From the human T2T-CHM13v2.0 reference genome, Homo sapiens: DNA of 64,000 nucleotides. Position numbers and translations under genes: made by a program. Below the pieces are notes generated by a model, which was not told the origin of the DNA, searched no databases, and was given only the letters and a program-made list of their open reading frames with translations. Location of the stretch: assembly GCF_009914755.1 (NCBI RefSeq), contig NC_060926.1; one strand, 5' to 3'. Positions 1-40,782 of the stretch are shown in pieces (within the stretch, counting starts at the first letter, position 1; each line of letters begins with the position of its first letter).

Positions 1-607
1 GGGAAGATTGAAATTTTGAGGAGGAGCATAGATAATTGTTTATGTATGAAGGAGCTTTGTAAAGACACTGCCCCTGGCCCAGCCATTGCCTTCCATAACC
101 CTAGGGGGCAGTTTCACCTGAGTCTATGTGGAATGTAGAAAAAATATTTTCATGTTTTTGCATAGTTAGGGCTTTCTGAGCAAAGAAAACTGGTACCTGG
201 GTTAAAGGGCAAGTCTTGGAAGTTAAAAGATGATTGAATAGTCAGAGACCTCAGAAGAGATTTAGAGGCTTCCCTCCTTGTGTGTTTACATTTCAAAGGG
301 CATAAAAGGAGTCAGTTGTTTACATTTCAAACATCTGTCAATGCCAAGGTTTCTCTCCCTCTCTCTGGAGTGGAGCTTGTAGCCTATTTATACTCCCAGA
401 TTAATAATTTTGGATTTTCTCTTCAACAGTACACACCCCTATATATGCAGGATGCCCTCTGGCTCTCATGGTGTTACTCGGGGGCTACTGTGTGTGGAGA
501 AGTAGTGCGGTTATTGTTATAAGTATTAATAACTGTGATCTCTATTCCAGAAACCTTACCACTGTATTTGCTTTCAGGGTAAAATGAATAAATATAGATA
601 TACTTAC

Positions 608-847
608 CACAAAAGGGAGGATGCACTCATGCTGATCTTGTACCATGTATAAACTGAACAGGGACATGCGGCTGGGGCCCATCAAGCTGCAGGCTAGAGA
701 GAAGAAGTTCTGCAGAGCCTCACAGAGGTTGGTGCAGATGTCAGCCCAGGACGGTAGAGCAATGTGCACAATGAGAAGCCGTGGAGGTTGCTGGTCAATC
801 TGAGTGTGAGTAGAGGGCCCTTTACCAGTAGTTCGCCCAGGATGCAT
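608..847 (-). CDS. M1AP: M1AP first coding exon (80 codons, MHPGRTTGKGPSTHTQIDQQPPRLLIVHIALPSW...HECILPFV); gene continues left beyond the window
   Basis: Translation matches the recalled M1AP N-terminus. ATG in GCTGCCATG context at 847; phase-0 donor GTG|GTAAGT after 608; acceptor pyrimidine tract TTTCTCTTTCCTTCCCTATAG| gives exon start 899 (52 nt of 5'UTR). Confidence 0.93.
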
Positions 848-1015
848 GGCAGCAAAACCAGAGGGGGAACTGTAGCCACCAGCTGGATATTCTTTACACC
901 TATAGGGAAGGAAAGAGAAACCACTGGTTTTCAAACTGAATTATGTGTGCTCTGTTGAAATATAAAATACAAGTCGAGGGAAACAAATCCAGAAAGGAGT
1001 CAGATTGGGTACTAA

Positions 1016-1342
<327 letters not shown>

Positions 1343-2213
1343 TAACAGCTCCCAAGAGATCTAGATGTTTGCCTATCATGTAAGCCTGAGAATGCTTAGA
1401 GATGCTGAGTGGAACTAATCAAAAGTTACACCAAAAAACTCAAGCTTCTGTCTCAAAGTAAGCTATCTGCCCTCATAAACTTTGTTTCTTTATTGGCATT
1501 TATTGCACTCTATTACAATTTGTTTCTATGACTGCCTCTCCCACTATATTGTAAGCTTCCCAAGGGTAGAGAACCTGTCTTGTTGATATTATTCATCAAT
1601 GCCTAGCATATGTGTGTTTAGTACCTAACGAATAATTCTTAAAAATGAAAATATGACTACATTTCTCCTTGGTTAAAATTCTTTGGTTGTCTGAATCTCT
1701 TATAAGGTAAAATTTAAACTGTCTTTAAGACCTGTCATTACTTAATTGTTAGCCTCATTAGAAATTGTTCTTCGCCTCAAGATTTTCACGGAAACAATAC
1801 CAAATATATTCACTTTAGTGCATTTGCTCATGCTGCTTCTCTGCCTCCAATACTCCTGCCTTCTTTCTCTACTGGCTACTTATACTTATCCCCAGGACTC
1901 AGATTAGGAAGTGAGAACAATTGAGAACAAAGAACCAATATAAGGAATGAGAAAGGGACATCATCACAAATGCTCAAACGTGAAAAGGGTTATAGGAGGA
2001 CATAATGAATAGCTTTATGCTAATAAGTTTGATAAAGTGGACAAATTCCTAGAAAAATGTATCTAACCAATACTAAAGAAATTTTAGAAACCTAAATAGT
2101 CTATAATCATTAAGGAAATGTAATTGGTAATCAAATATCTTCCCACAAGTAAGAGGGTCAGATGATTTCACTGATGAGCTCCATCAAACATGCAAAGACC
2201 AAGAATTTCAATC

Positions 2214-2347
2214 TTTTTTTTTTTTTTTGTAGAGATGGGGTCTTGCCATGTTGCCCAAGATGGTCTCAAACTCCTGGGCTCAAGTGATCCACCTGCCTCG
2301 GCCTCCTGAAGTGCTGGGATTACAGGTGTGAGCCACCGCGCCCAGCC
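2214..2347 (-). mobile_element. Alu monomer (FLAM-like)
   Basis: Left-arm-only Alu; TSD AAGAATTTCAATCTT. Confidence 0.85.
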
Positions 2348-2364
2348 AAGAATTTCAATCTTAA

Positions 2365-2723
<359 letters not shown>

Positions 2724-3466
2724 TAGCACGACCTTTGAAAGTGAAACCAGATAAAGGTGTAATAAGAAAAAAATTATAGGATAATCTCACCCATAAACTT
2801 GTAAAAATTCTAAATAAAATATAGAGAAATTGAAACTAATAATATACAAAAAAAAACAGCATGACCAAGTTGAGTTTATCCCAAGAACATAAGGTTGATA
2901 TAACATTAGAATATCAATCACGTAATTCGTCACATTAAAAAAGTAAATGAGAAAAATGATATGATCATCCCAATAGACGCAAAAAAGCCTCTGTTTAAAA
3001 CCCAGCATTTGTGCATGATAAAGACTGAGTAAGAATAGATGATAGGAATAATCTGACAAAATATATTTACAAAAAGAGAGAGCAAACATCATTCTTCATG
3101 GTGATATGTTGAAAGCTTTCCATGTAAGACAAGGAGCATGCTATCATCACTTCTATTCAGCATTATAGTGAAGGTAGTAATGAGGTAAGACAAATAAATA
3201 AAAGGCATTGCAATGGAAGAAAGAAAACTGTCATTGTGTGCCAATGATTGTGTATATAGAAAATCTAAAATAATCTACAGCTTTGTAATTTTTCCCAAAA
3301 GATCTCCTTGTCTTTTGTCAAATTTTAGTCTTAGGGATCTGTTGATTTTTAAATATTAATTTACATTTCAAAGAACTATCGATGACAAAGTTTCCCTTTC
3401 TCATCTTTTTAAATTTCATTTTTAGTTTGTTGCTTATGTATAGAAATATAGTTAATTAAAACAATC

Positions 3467-3588
3467 TTTTATAGAGATGGGGTCTTGCTATGTTGCCCAG
3501 GTTGGTCTTGAACTTCTGAGCTCAACCAATCCAACCGGCTCTGCCACCCAAAATGCTGGGATTATAGGCATGAACCACTGTGCCCAGC
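3467..3588 (-). mobile_element. Alu monomer (FLAM-like)
   Basis: Diverged left arm. Confidence 0.75.
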
Positions 3589-4157
3589 TATAATTAATTT
3601 TTGTATATTGACTTTAACAACCTTGCTGCACTCTCTTACTAATTATAATAATTTATCTATAGAACTTTTTGGATTTTTTTTGTTCTTAATCATATAATCT
3701 TTAAATAATCATATATAACAGGATACATGAAAAAAAAGTCAGATCATAGCAGCCAAAAGACTATTAATAACAATCTTGTTCACAATTACCCAAAACTGAA
3801 AAAAACACAAATGTCAATCTACATTAAAATGGATAAATCATAGTATATTTCCACATACAGCAATGAAGATGAATGAACTGCAGTTCCATGTGGCAACATG
3901 GATGATTCTAAGAAACATAATATTGAGTAAAAGCAGCAAGACACAAAGAATACATACACATGTAGCATGATTTCATCTACATTTTAAAAATAAGCAAAAG
4001 TAGTTATATTGTTTAGAGGTGCATACACAGTGATAAAATTATAAAGAAAAGCAAAGAATTGATTATCACAAAAATGAGGGTAGTGATTTTCCCTAGGAAA
4101 GAATGAAGGCATTATGATGAGAAGAGACAAAAGAAGGGGGTCCTGGGGTGTTGGTAA

Positions 4158-4522
<365 letters not shown>

Positions 4523-4829
4523 TAAACTACACATTCATGTTTTATGACATTTTCTGTATATATGTTATATTTAATAATAAAAATATTTCAAGAAGAACAT
4601 TAGGACAATCAAAAGAAAACAAAAGAAATATGATAAAAAAGATAGCTAAAAAATATGTCCCCACCTCTGAGAACTAAAATCATTCTATATAATTGTTTTT
4701 AGCTAAAGAATGTAGGGAAAATTAAAGCTTATTTGATTTCCCCTGTGACAATACAAAGATAATTATGATAATTTTCAGAAACACTTTGGAATTTAGAATC
4801 TTTAAAAATGATCTAAGAATACATAGATA

Positions 4830-5202
<373 letters not shown>

Positions 5203-5540
5203 TCAGCATTTGTTCATTCAACATTTTTAAAAATTGAGTTCCAATTACGTGCTGGATACAGCTAGAAAAATAAATGAATTAATATGCTAATCTGTTGAAA
5301 GTCATCTTGAACCAGAAACCCAAATCAATTACTAATGTATTTACCAAGAAAGCACATAACATATTTTTAAACTGTACTTTAAGTACATGGGGCCAATTTC
5401 TACATGGAATGCTGAACTTGAAGCTGACACAGAGAAATTCACACAAACAGGTAGTCAGAGGCCTTATTTAATGTATAATTAAATTTAATTATCCATCTCC
5501 ATCTCTCACATCTGAAAACGCCATTTTAAAGTAGAGGCAG

Positions 5541-5954
5541 GACAACCTGCTCAGGTCCCCTTCCACACTGTGGAAGCTTTGTTCTTTCGCTCTTTGCAAT
5601 AAATCTTGCCGCTGCTCACTTTTTGGGTCCGCACTGCCTTTATGAGCTGTAATACTCACCGTGAAGGTCTGCAGCTTCGCTCCTGAGGCCAGGGAGACCA
5701 CAAACCCACCGGGAGGAATGAACAACTCCACACACGCCGCCTTAAGAGCTGTAACACTCACTGCAAAGGTCTGCAGCTTCACTCCTGAAGCCAGCGAGAC
5801 CATGAATCCACCAGAAGGAAGAAACTCCAGACACATCCGAACATCAGAAGGAACAAACTCCGGACACACCATCTTTAAGAACTGTAACACCGCCAGGGTC
5901 CGCGGCTTCATTCTTGAAGTCAGCAAGACCAAGAACCCACCAATTCTGGACACA
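5541..5954 (+). mobile_element. LTR12 (ERV9 LTR), R/U5 portion only
   Basis: GGTCCCCTTCCACACTGTGGAAGCTTTGTTC, repeated GAGCTGTAACACTCAC..AAGGTCTGCAGCTTC units, terminus CCAATTCTGGACACA. Confidence 0.88.
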
Positions 5955-5997
5955 GTATTGCTGGGCCATAAGGCACGTATGAGTTTAGTTTTGATAG

Positions 5998-6411
5998 TGA
6001 GGTAGGAGGCGGGACTCAACTCTGCAGGAAGGGCTTGGACACCAGACCAAATTGAGGACTAGCTTAAACAGGGCGAGGGTGGAAGCAGCTTTCCATAAGA
6101 CATGCCCACCAGTGTGCCCTGTCAGTTTACCATTGCCATGGCAACACTCAGAAGTTACCATCCCTTTCTATAGCAACGACTCTATGACCTGGAAGTTACC
6201 ATGCTTTTCCTAGAAATTTCTGCATCAACTCCCCCTTAATTTGCATGTAATTAAAACTGGGTATAACTATGACTGCTGAACTACCTCTGAGCTGCTATTC
6301 TGGGCACACTGCCTATGGGGTAGCCCTGCTCCACAGTTGCAGTACCTCTGCTGCTGCTGTACACTGCTGCTTTAATAAAAGTTGCTGTTTAACATCACCA
6401 GCTCACCCTTG
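5998..6411 (+). mobile_element. MER41-family-like ERV1 LTR, ending at its poly(A) site
   Basis: Starts TG; CATAAGACATGCCCACCAG..CAGTTTACCATTGCCATGGCAAC..GAAGTTACC resembles MER41; AATAAA 6374-6379 then an A-tail. Confidence 0.65.
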
Positions 6412-6443
6412 AAAAAAATAAAAATAAAAAAATAAAGTAGAGG

Positions 6444-7477
6444 CAGTCCTCATTTTGCATGGTTCAAGTATATAGATTTCAGTTACTACAGTTTAGTTAA
6501 TTAACACTAGTCTTCCAACAACACAGTTCAAATTTCAGTTACCATGGAATATTAACTGTAATTACATAAAGTAGTATCTAGCTCTTTAGTTCACGAATTA
6601 CTAGTTATCAGTATCAATAGTATAGTATACTGATATAGCGTACTGATATAATATAGTGATCAGTGCATCATGATCAGTAATTAATTATATCACTTCTTTC
6701 AAAGTCTGTTGGTGACCCGTCACTGCAGATCCATTAGTCAGTTAAAGCACAGACAGAAGTGTGTAGTTGTGTCGCCTCCTTGTCTCCTAGTGATAAGCCC
6801 ATGTGATGTTTTATAAAAACAAAAACTGAAAGAGGAAACTAGCCGATAAAAGGAGCAGCAAAGAAATAAAAAATGATAATGCCAGGAGTGAAATCTGAAT
6901 CTAACATAAGTGGAGTTAAAGGAGAAACAGCTGACTATGAGAGTGTTGACACTGCCTCCACCTGATAGACTCTAGAGAAGCAGCCAGAGGAATTTAGTGA
7001 AGGCAAACTTATCAACATACTTGAGGAAAGTCATTGTGATGAAAAGGATGAAGACATCCTACAGAAAGGGCCACTGGCAAAAAGCTTCATTATTAAAGAA
7101 ACTTTCAGAGATATTTTACAAAATTGAAGGTACAAAGGATAAAATGTAGGAAACTAACCCAAACTTAGAAAGAAGTATGTCAGTTTGCCAAGACACACAA
7201 AAAATGTTTGCTCTCTCATAAGTTTTACTATGAGAGTTTTTTTTCAACAAATAAAACACTTTAGCTCTCAATGTTTCTAATGTTTTAAGTTAGTGTATGA
7301 AATAGTTTTACTGTTTTACATTTCCCTATACAGTTAGTAAGAAAGTTTTAGTGTTTTGACAATTTTTCAAGGTTATAGAACAACTGTAATTTTTCCCATT
7401 GGTGTTTAAGATCTCTTTGAATGGTTTCAGCTTGCAGTCATTTTTCAATCCCACACTAATGTGCAATTGGAAGACTG
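6444..7477. mobile_element. TcMar-Tigger-like DNA transposon remnant
   Basis: Imperfect TIRs CAGTCCTCATTTTGCA / TGCAATTGGAAGACTG followed by TA; internal transposase-like purine-rich stretch. Confidence 0.55.
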
Positions 7478-8183
7478 TATTTTAAATGAGGTAAGAGGCA
7501 GCTCTCTTCCTTACATCCTCAAACATCATCAATTCATGCATCTGATGTGTCTGGGCATAGTACTAAACAGGCTCTGACCTTATTCTGACCCTATACTCTC
7601 CACTTTTGCCAAGAACACTCGCTTAATGAATTCTCCCTGCAAACTGGTTAAAACTGGAACTGGGCCTTGAACCACTCCAAACCACCAAGTTATGCCCAAA
7701 CTAAAAACCCTCCAAGGACTTCCAATTACACCACTGGAAACAGAATCCAATATCTTTACCCTGGCCCTAAAGTTCTGCTTGTGCCTTCTGCCCAACTCTC
7801 CATCCTCACACTAGGCCCTCCCCTGCCCGCACCCCGGGAGATCCACCTCTCACAGATCGGCTTCTCGCTGTGTCTGCCTCTGCGGATGTTCTGTTCCGTG
7901 CTGAGCATTCTAGGTTAGGGCCCCTTTACAAGCCCTCATTCACTTTGTCGCGTGATAAACGATTCAATGGTTCTCCCTCTGGCAGGGCCCTATTAAAGAT
8001 TTCGTGGGCCCTAAGGCACTTTCGTCTTCGTGGACCCCTTCCTCCATTAAAAAAAGATTAAAAGAAGTTAATGGATTTTGTAGGCCCTAAAAATCTCATT
8101 TCCCCCTCCTGATGTGAGAAAAAAATCAAAACACTTTCTTTGACTTCATGGGTTCACTTTAAACGAAATGAAAACATTCTCGT

Positions 8184-8479
<296 letters not shown>

Positions 8480-8496
<17 letters not shown>

Positions 8497-9010
8497 TTCT
8501 CGTGGCTCCCTGAAGCCTCCGTGGTCCCTCGGCATGGCGCCTACCGTGCCTGGCGGATCAGCAGCCCGGCCCTCGGGCCTGGGGGCCCCGCGGAGGAAGC
8601 TCCGGGCCCAGACTCCGCGCAGGCCTGGCCGCCCAGAACAGTATGCGGAGGGATGACTCCGACAGCGATTTCGGAGCCTCTCTCGGCGTCAGTCTTGCGC
8701 CGGCACCCGCCACGGCCAGCGCAACCAACACCTGCCTGAGGACTGGCCCGAGCTCGGCCCACGCCCAGCCCAGCCTGCGAAGTGGTGCCGGCTGCTCTCG
8801 GGCTGCCCTCCCTCCCCGAGGCGTGGAGAACCGTACCTGTCTTCGGAAGACGGAGGCCCCCTCACCTGGTCCTCCCGGCTCTCAGCGTGCGCCCGCGCGT
8901 TCGGAGGCGCCCCCCTCAGGCCGGCGCGGCTGGGCGGGAGGCTCACTGCGGGCAAGGCGGGGCCTGGCTGCCTCAGGGTGCGCTTCAGGTGGCGCTTCAG
9001 GAAAACGGTC
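8480..9010 (-). promoter_or_regulatory. M1AP: CpG island: M1AP promoter and non-coding exon 1
   Basis: Dense CpG/GC-rich segment. Minus-strand donors CAG|GTACGG (exon end 8837) and CAG|GTGAGG (exon end 8866) point toward the 899 acceptor. Exact TSS not visible. Confidence 0.75.
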
Positions 9011-10067
9011 TCCAAGTCCCTAGATACCCTGAGAACAGTCCTTCTTTGTCCCTTAGGTAGAATTTTGTCTATTTGTTGGAAATGCTGTGCTAAACCTGAC
9101 ATTTTTCTTTTTCTACCCCTTCCCATGAAACATGCCAGTAGCTCCCCCACCGACCGTTTTCTTGGTTTTAACTTTTCCCTTCCACATCATTTCCTTCAGC
9201 CAGTCGCTATTTTGTTCACTAAACATCTGTGGTGGGCACGTTATGTGCCACGCATTGTGCTAGGATTGGAGTACAGTGGATGTACAGACAATGGTCACTG
9301 CCCTCATGGAAGTTATAGCTGCCTTCACAAAGTTCTTTTAAGTCTTTTCAAACTCCTGTATTCCAAGAGGGTCTGTCGCTCTCTTCATACTCATTCTCGC
9401 TTACTTGAGGTTGATTCCCATAGTCCCTTTGACGAACTCCAGATGGGGTAGGAGCGTCCTGGTCCTTAACAGTTGGTTGGTCTGGGTCTTCAACTCTGGT
9501 TAAAAAGGAATTCTCTGAATTAGTCCACAGGAGAGGGAAAGATAATGCTAGTTCCAAGCTAGAAATGTACAAGCAGTTTTCCTTGTTTTCTTTATTATTA
9601 TTATTGTTATTTTCTCAGTTCATTGTCTAGATGCAGGTTGGAGGTGGGGTGGGGCAATATTTCAATGAGTGGCACAGGATAGGTTAGATGTTTCAACAGG
9701 AAAAGAGTTGCCTGCTTGTATTCTAGTCCCACTAAACCATTTTGCTCCTATCAACTGTTCCTCAGGTAAGAACAGAACTATTTAACCTATGTCCTTTTTT
9801 AAACACTATAATCTGATATTCAATAGAGTTCCTGTGTTTCAGTTTAAAGGGTAGCTTCTCAACAGCTCTTTCCCCCCATATAGTCCAAATTAGCCTTTCT
9901 GTCTCTAATCTCCAGATTATCGTTTCCACTGATGTTAGAATTGTCCTTGTAAAAATATTTTGATCATATCATTCTTTGTCTTAAAAATGGCTTATGTTTC
10001 CTTTTCGGTTAGAGGGTCCATTATAACTGACCCCACCTACCTTACTAGGCTCAACCCCAGCATTACC

Positions 10068-10462
10068 TGTCTTACTCCCCTTTGTGTTGCTATACCAGAA
10101 TACCACAGAACAACTAACTTGTAAATAAAGGAAATGTATTCTTAAATTCTGGAGGGTAGGAATTCCAAGGTTGAGAATCCCACATCTAGTGAGGGCATTT
10201 TTTCTGTGTCATCCCATGGCAGAAGGCAGAAGGGCAAGGGGTACAAAAGAGCAAGACAGCAATAGGGAGCTGAACTCACTTTTACAACAAACCCACTCTC
10301 TCAATAACTAACTCATTTCCAAGATAATGACATTAATTCATTTATGGGGGCAGAGCCCTTATGGCCTAATCACCTCTTGTTAGGCCCCACCTCTGAACAC
10401 TATTCCATTGGGTACTAAGTTTCCAGCAAATGAACTTTGGGGGACGCATTCAAACTTGAGCA
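10068..10462 (+). mobile_element. MaLR LTR (MST/MLT1A-like)
   Basis: TGT...GTTGCTATACCAGAATACC...TTTGGGGGACGCATTCAAAC. Confidence 0.7.
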
Positions 10463-10705
10463 CTAGCCTCACTCCAAACCATACCACCCATTGCTCCTAC
10501 CTACTATTAATTTCTTTCCGTACCCTCTATAGCATTTATTAAAAATATGCAAAGAACTGTACCAGAAATGGGGACTATGACATAAGAATTGTTTTCTGAG
10601 GGTGATAAACTATAATGGTCATGAGAAAGCACCTTGCAGACTTTAAACTACAAGGAGTGTAACTGACCAAGGGCATCAGCTGCTGCCTTAGAAATCTACT
10701 GCCAC

Positions 10706-11225
<520 letters not shown>

Positions 11226-11229
11226 TCAA

Positions 11230-11945
11230 AGATGAAGCAGGAGAGATAGGCAAAGGGCCAGAACATATACGATCTGTGGACTATATTAAAGATTTCGGAT
11301 CTTATCTCATAGCAAAGGCGGGGTGGGCTGGAATGGGGAGATAAACTGAAGTGTTTAAGCAGAAGAGTGACATGATCTGATTTGTGTACTGGAGAGAACA
11401 TTCTCCCTGCCTCCCTGCCTTAAAAGGAATGGATTGGGGGCTGAAATTGGGGTGGTGGCAGCAGGGCATAGGGACAAGACAAGAGTAGGAAGGAGCCCAG
11501 GCAAGAGAAGATAGTTGTTTGAATTAGGGTATTGGCAGAGGGGATGCGGAGATGTGGGAGGAAGTATTTAGGAGTTAAAATTAACAGGCCTTTATGATTG
11601 ATTTGATTAAGAGGAATCCAAAATGACAGGGCCTAGAACATAGTAGGCATTCAATGAATACTTATTGAATAAACAAATGCAAAGTCTCTGGCTTAGACAG
11701 CTGGAAAGACAGTAGTGCTATGGGGAACATTGGTTTTAGCATCCACACAATTACCAGGATGCTATGAGGGTGGGGACGATAGTTCAGTTTTGGACATATT
11801 GAAATCAAGGTGCCTGTGGTTACACTGTGTGGAAATGTCCACTAGGCACTTGGATGTGTGTGTCAGAAGCTGAAGAGAAAGATATGGCCTAGAAATGTAG
11901 ATTTAGAAAATCATTATTAACTAAATTAGTATGAATGAGACTACA
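11230..11945 (-). mobile_element. L2 fragments
   Basis: AAGCAGAAGAGTGACATGATCTGATTTG and AGTTCAGTTTTGGACATATTGA are typical antisense L2 sequence. Confidence 0.6.
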
Positions 11946-12476
11946 TAGAACAGTGATTTTTTTTTTCAAAGTGGGGATCTCAACTCATTAATGAATAGTA
12001 AAATCAATTTAGTGGGCTGCAACCAGCATTTAAAAAAATGGAATAGAATAAAATGCAACATGATAGGGAAAAAAATGAGAATTTAGCTCCTGAAGTAAAG
12101 ATAAATATAATGTAAGTATGACTTTGTTAAAAATTTAACTCACTAATATGTACATTGGGTACATGAATGCATGTACTTAAGTGCAATTAGGTTGCACAAT
12201 AAGAACCTCTTATTGTATGTTTTGTGAAAAAAATTGAAAAAATATTAAAAAAATCAAAAGACAACCAATAAGTCATGTTCAGAGAAGGGACTAAGGCCTA
12301 GACTAGACTGCTGAGAAGCAGCTTAGGAAAGGCATATAGTGGGCTAGAGGAAGAAACTCAGACGGGGGGCAGGGGTTCCATTGTGTTGAGGTTGGTTTTA
12401 GAAAGAAGATTTCAGAGAGAAGATTAGAAGTACTGATCCCAAATGCCTGATTTTCCCTCTAGGCTAAGCAATTTGA

Positions 12477-12759
<283 letters not shown>

Positions 12760-13059
12760 AACGGACCATGTCTTAATCTTATCTCTAGTACTTAGTAAAA
12801 TGCCTGGCACATATTAGGCCCTTAATAACTGTTGAAAGAACAAACTAGAACTAGTACTTGCACTTTAGAAAGATTATCCTGATGGCAGTCTGGAAGGGGA
12901 GGGACTGGAGGCTAGGTTTTTGTTTTTTAAATGAAATTATCACACAGTCCAGGTGAATGATGATGATGTCCTGAACTATGATGATAATGGAAAGAAAAGG
13001 ATGGATTTAAGTTACTTTTTAGTCAGATTTATAAGGACATAGTGATTTCTTACATATGG

Positions 13060-13685
13060 GCATGGTAGCTAGTCTCCAAGAAAGGAGGCTGAAATCCTTG
13101 TATTCCCAGTGAAATCCCTGTACCACCTGGTGAAGTCCCCTTCCACAGTGCATCAGGGCTGCCCTGTGTGACAAGTAGAATATGGCCGAGAGATTGTGTG
13201 TTACTTCTGAGGCTAGGTCACAAATATATCATTTGCTCTTTTGCCTTGTTCTTTTGGATCACTTGCTCTGAGGAAGTCACCCCATTTTGTGAAGACATTC
13301 AAGCAGCCCCATGGAGAAATTCATGTGGAGAACAACCTTCACTTACTGCCAACAGCCACTACCAATTTGGCAGGCATGGAAGTCCGCCATCTTGGAAGTG
13401 GATCCTCCAGCCCCAGGCAAGCCTTCAGTGGACTGCTGCCCCGTTTGATATCTGGACTGTAATCTTGTGAGAGACTGGAAGCCAGACCACCTAGCTAAAC
13501 TACTCCTAAATTTCTGACGCAGAGAGATTGTGAGAGATAATAAAAGTTTATTCCAAATGTCTGATTTTCCCTCCAGGCTAAGCAATTCGAATTCAGGGAC
13601 CATGTCTTTTGTTTGTTTGTTTTAAGCCACCAAATTCTGAGGTTAATTTGTTACATTTGTTTTGCAGCCTAAATAACTAATACAA
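13060..13685 (+). mobile_element. MLT1-family MaLR LTR
   Basis: CTTCTGAGGCTAGGTCA, GCCATCTTGGAAGTGGATCCTCCAGCCCCAG, end TTTTAAGCCAC...TAACTAATACA. Confidence 0.72.
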
Positions 13686-13755
13686 TGGGGGTGAAAGAGG
13701 AGAAAGCAAAGACTACCTACTAAGTGCAGACTAAGTGCTTGAAGAAGGAGCTAGG

Positions 13756-14109
<354 letters not shown>

Positions 14110-14413
14110 CTATGCTTGCCTTGTTTATAGGATATCCAAGTGGATATGCCCATAGGCAGTCTTTGTTCCTCGCCCTCAAAGGCCTACCAACCCTAGAAGA
14201 ATCAGTTCAAATGTCACCTCTTCTGTGAGGCCTTCCTGATTTCCTCTGGCAAAACCTGGCCCTTCTGCACACTTATTGCACGTTATTATAGCAAACGTGC
14301 ATTGCTTCGTATTGCAATTATCTATTTGCAGTTATTTGCTTACATTTGGAAGCCCCATTACAGTGTGAACTCCCTAGGGCAAGGGCCGTGATTTTTAGTA
14401 TTTTCTGTATAAT

Positions 14414-14414
14414 C

Positions 14415-14446
<32 letters not shown>

Positions 14447-14464
14447 GTGTGTGCGCGCGCGCGT
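14414..14464. repeat. (TG)n-(CG)n microsatellite
   Basis: ~51 bp of uninterrupted purine/pyrimidine alternation. Confidence 0.95.
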
Positions 14465-14949
14465 TACACTGTGCCTGCCCAGCACATAGGCAGCCGTCCT
14501 TAAATGCTTGCAAAGTATTAATTTTGAGAAACTTGGTGCGTGTATCCACGTCCTCTTATTAGTAAGTTTTCCTTATTAGTACAGCTATGGGCGTTTGAGT
14601 TTTTGGAGTGGCCGGAGCAAACTCGCCACTCGAGGTCCCTGAGTGGCAGCCCCAGCGCACTTCCGAGGCAGAACTCCCACCTTCACCTGGGTCTAGCTCC
14701 GCCTCTGCCTGGGTTAGGCCTCTCCTCCCCTCAGCCCCGCCTTCACTCAATCCCGATTGGCTGGAGGAAGAAGGAGGCCCGACCATTGGCCCCTTTCTGA
14801 GGGGGCGGAGCCGGGCGGTGTTTCATCCCTCAGCCTCAGGCTGAGCCGGACCGAGCCGAGAGGACCCGAGTGGGGCCGAGGCCAGTAGCCCCGGGGCCCT
14901 GAGCAGAGGCCGTAGCTTGCGCCGCACCCGCGGCCAGGCGGAGCCAAAG

Positions 14950-40782
<25,833 letters not shown>

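Noticed and set aside
542-934. 130-aa ORF as a whole protein
   Set aside because: Only 847-608 is the M1AP coding exon; the flanks run past the ATG and splice sites into UTR or intron
5489-6019. 176-aa minus-strand ORF and overlapping 114-aa plus-strand ORF
   Set aside because: They lie in LTR12 internal repeats, which commonly give spurious open frames
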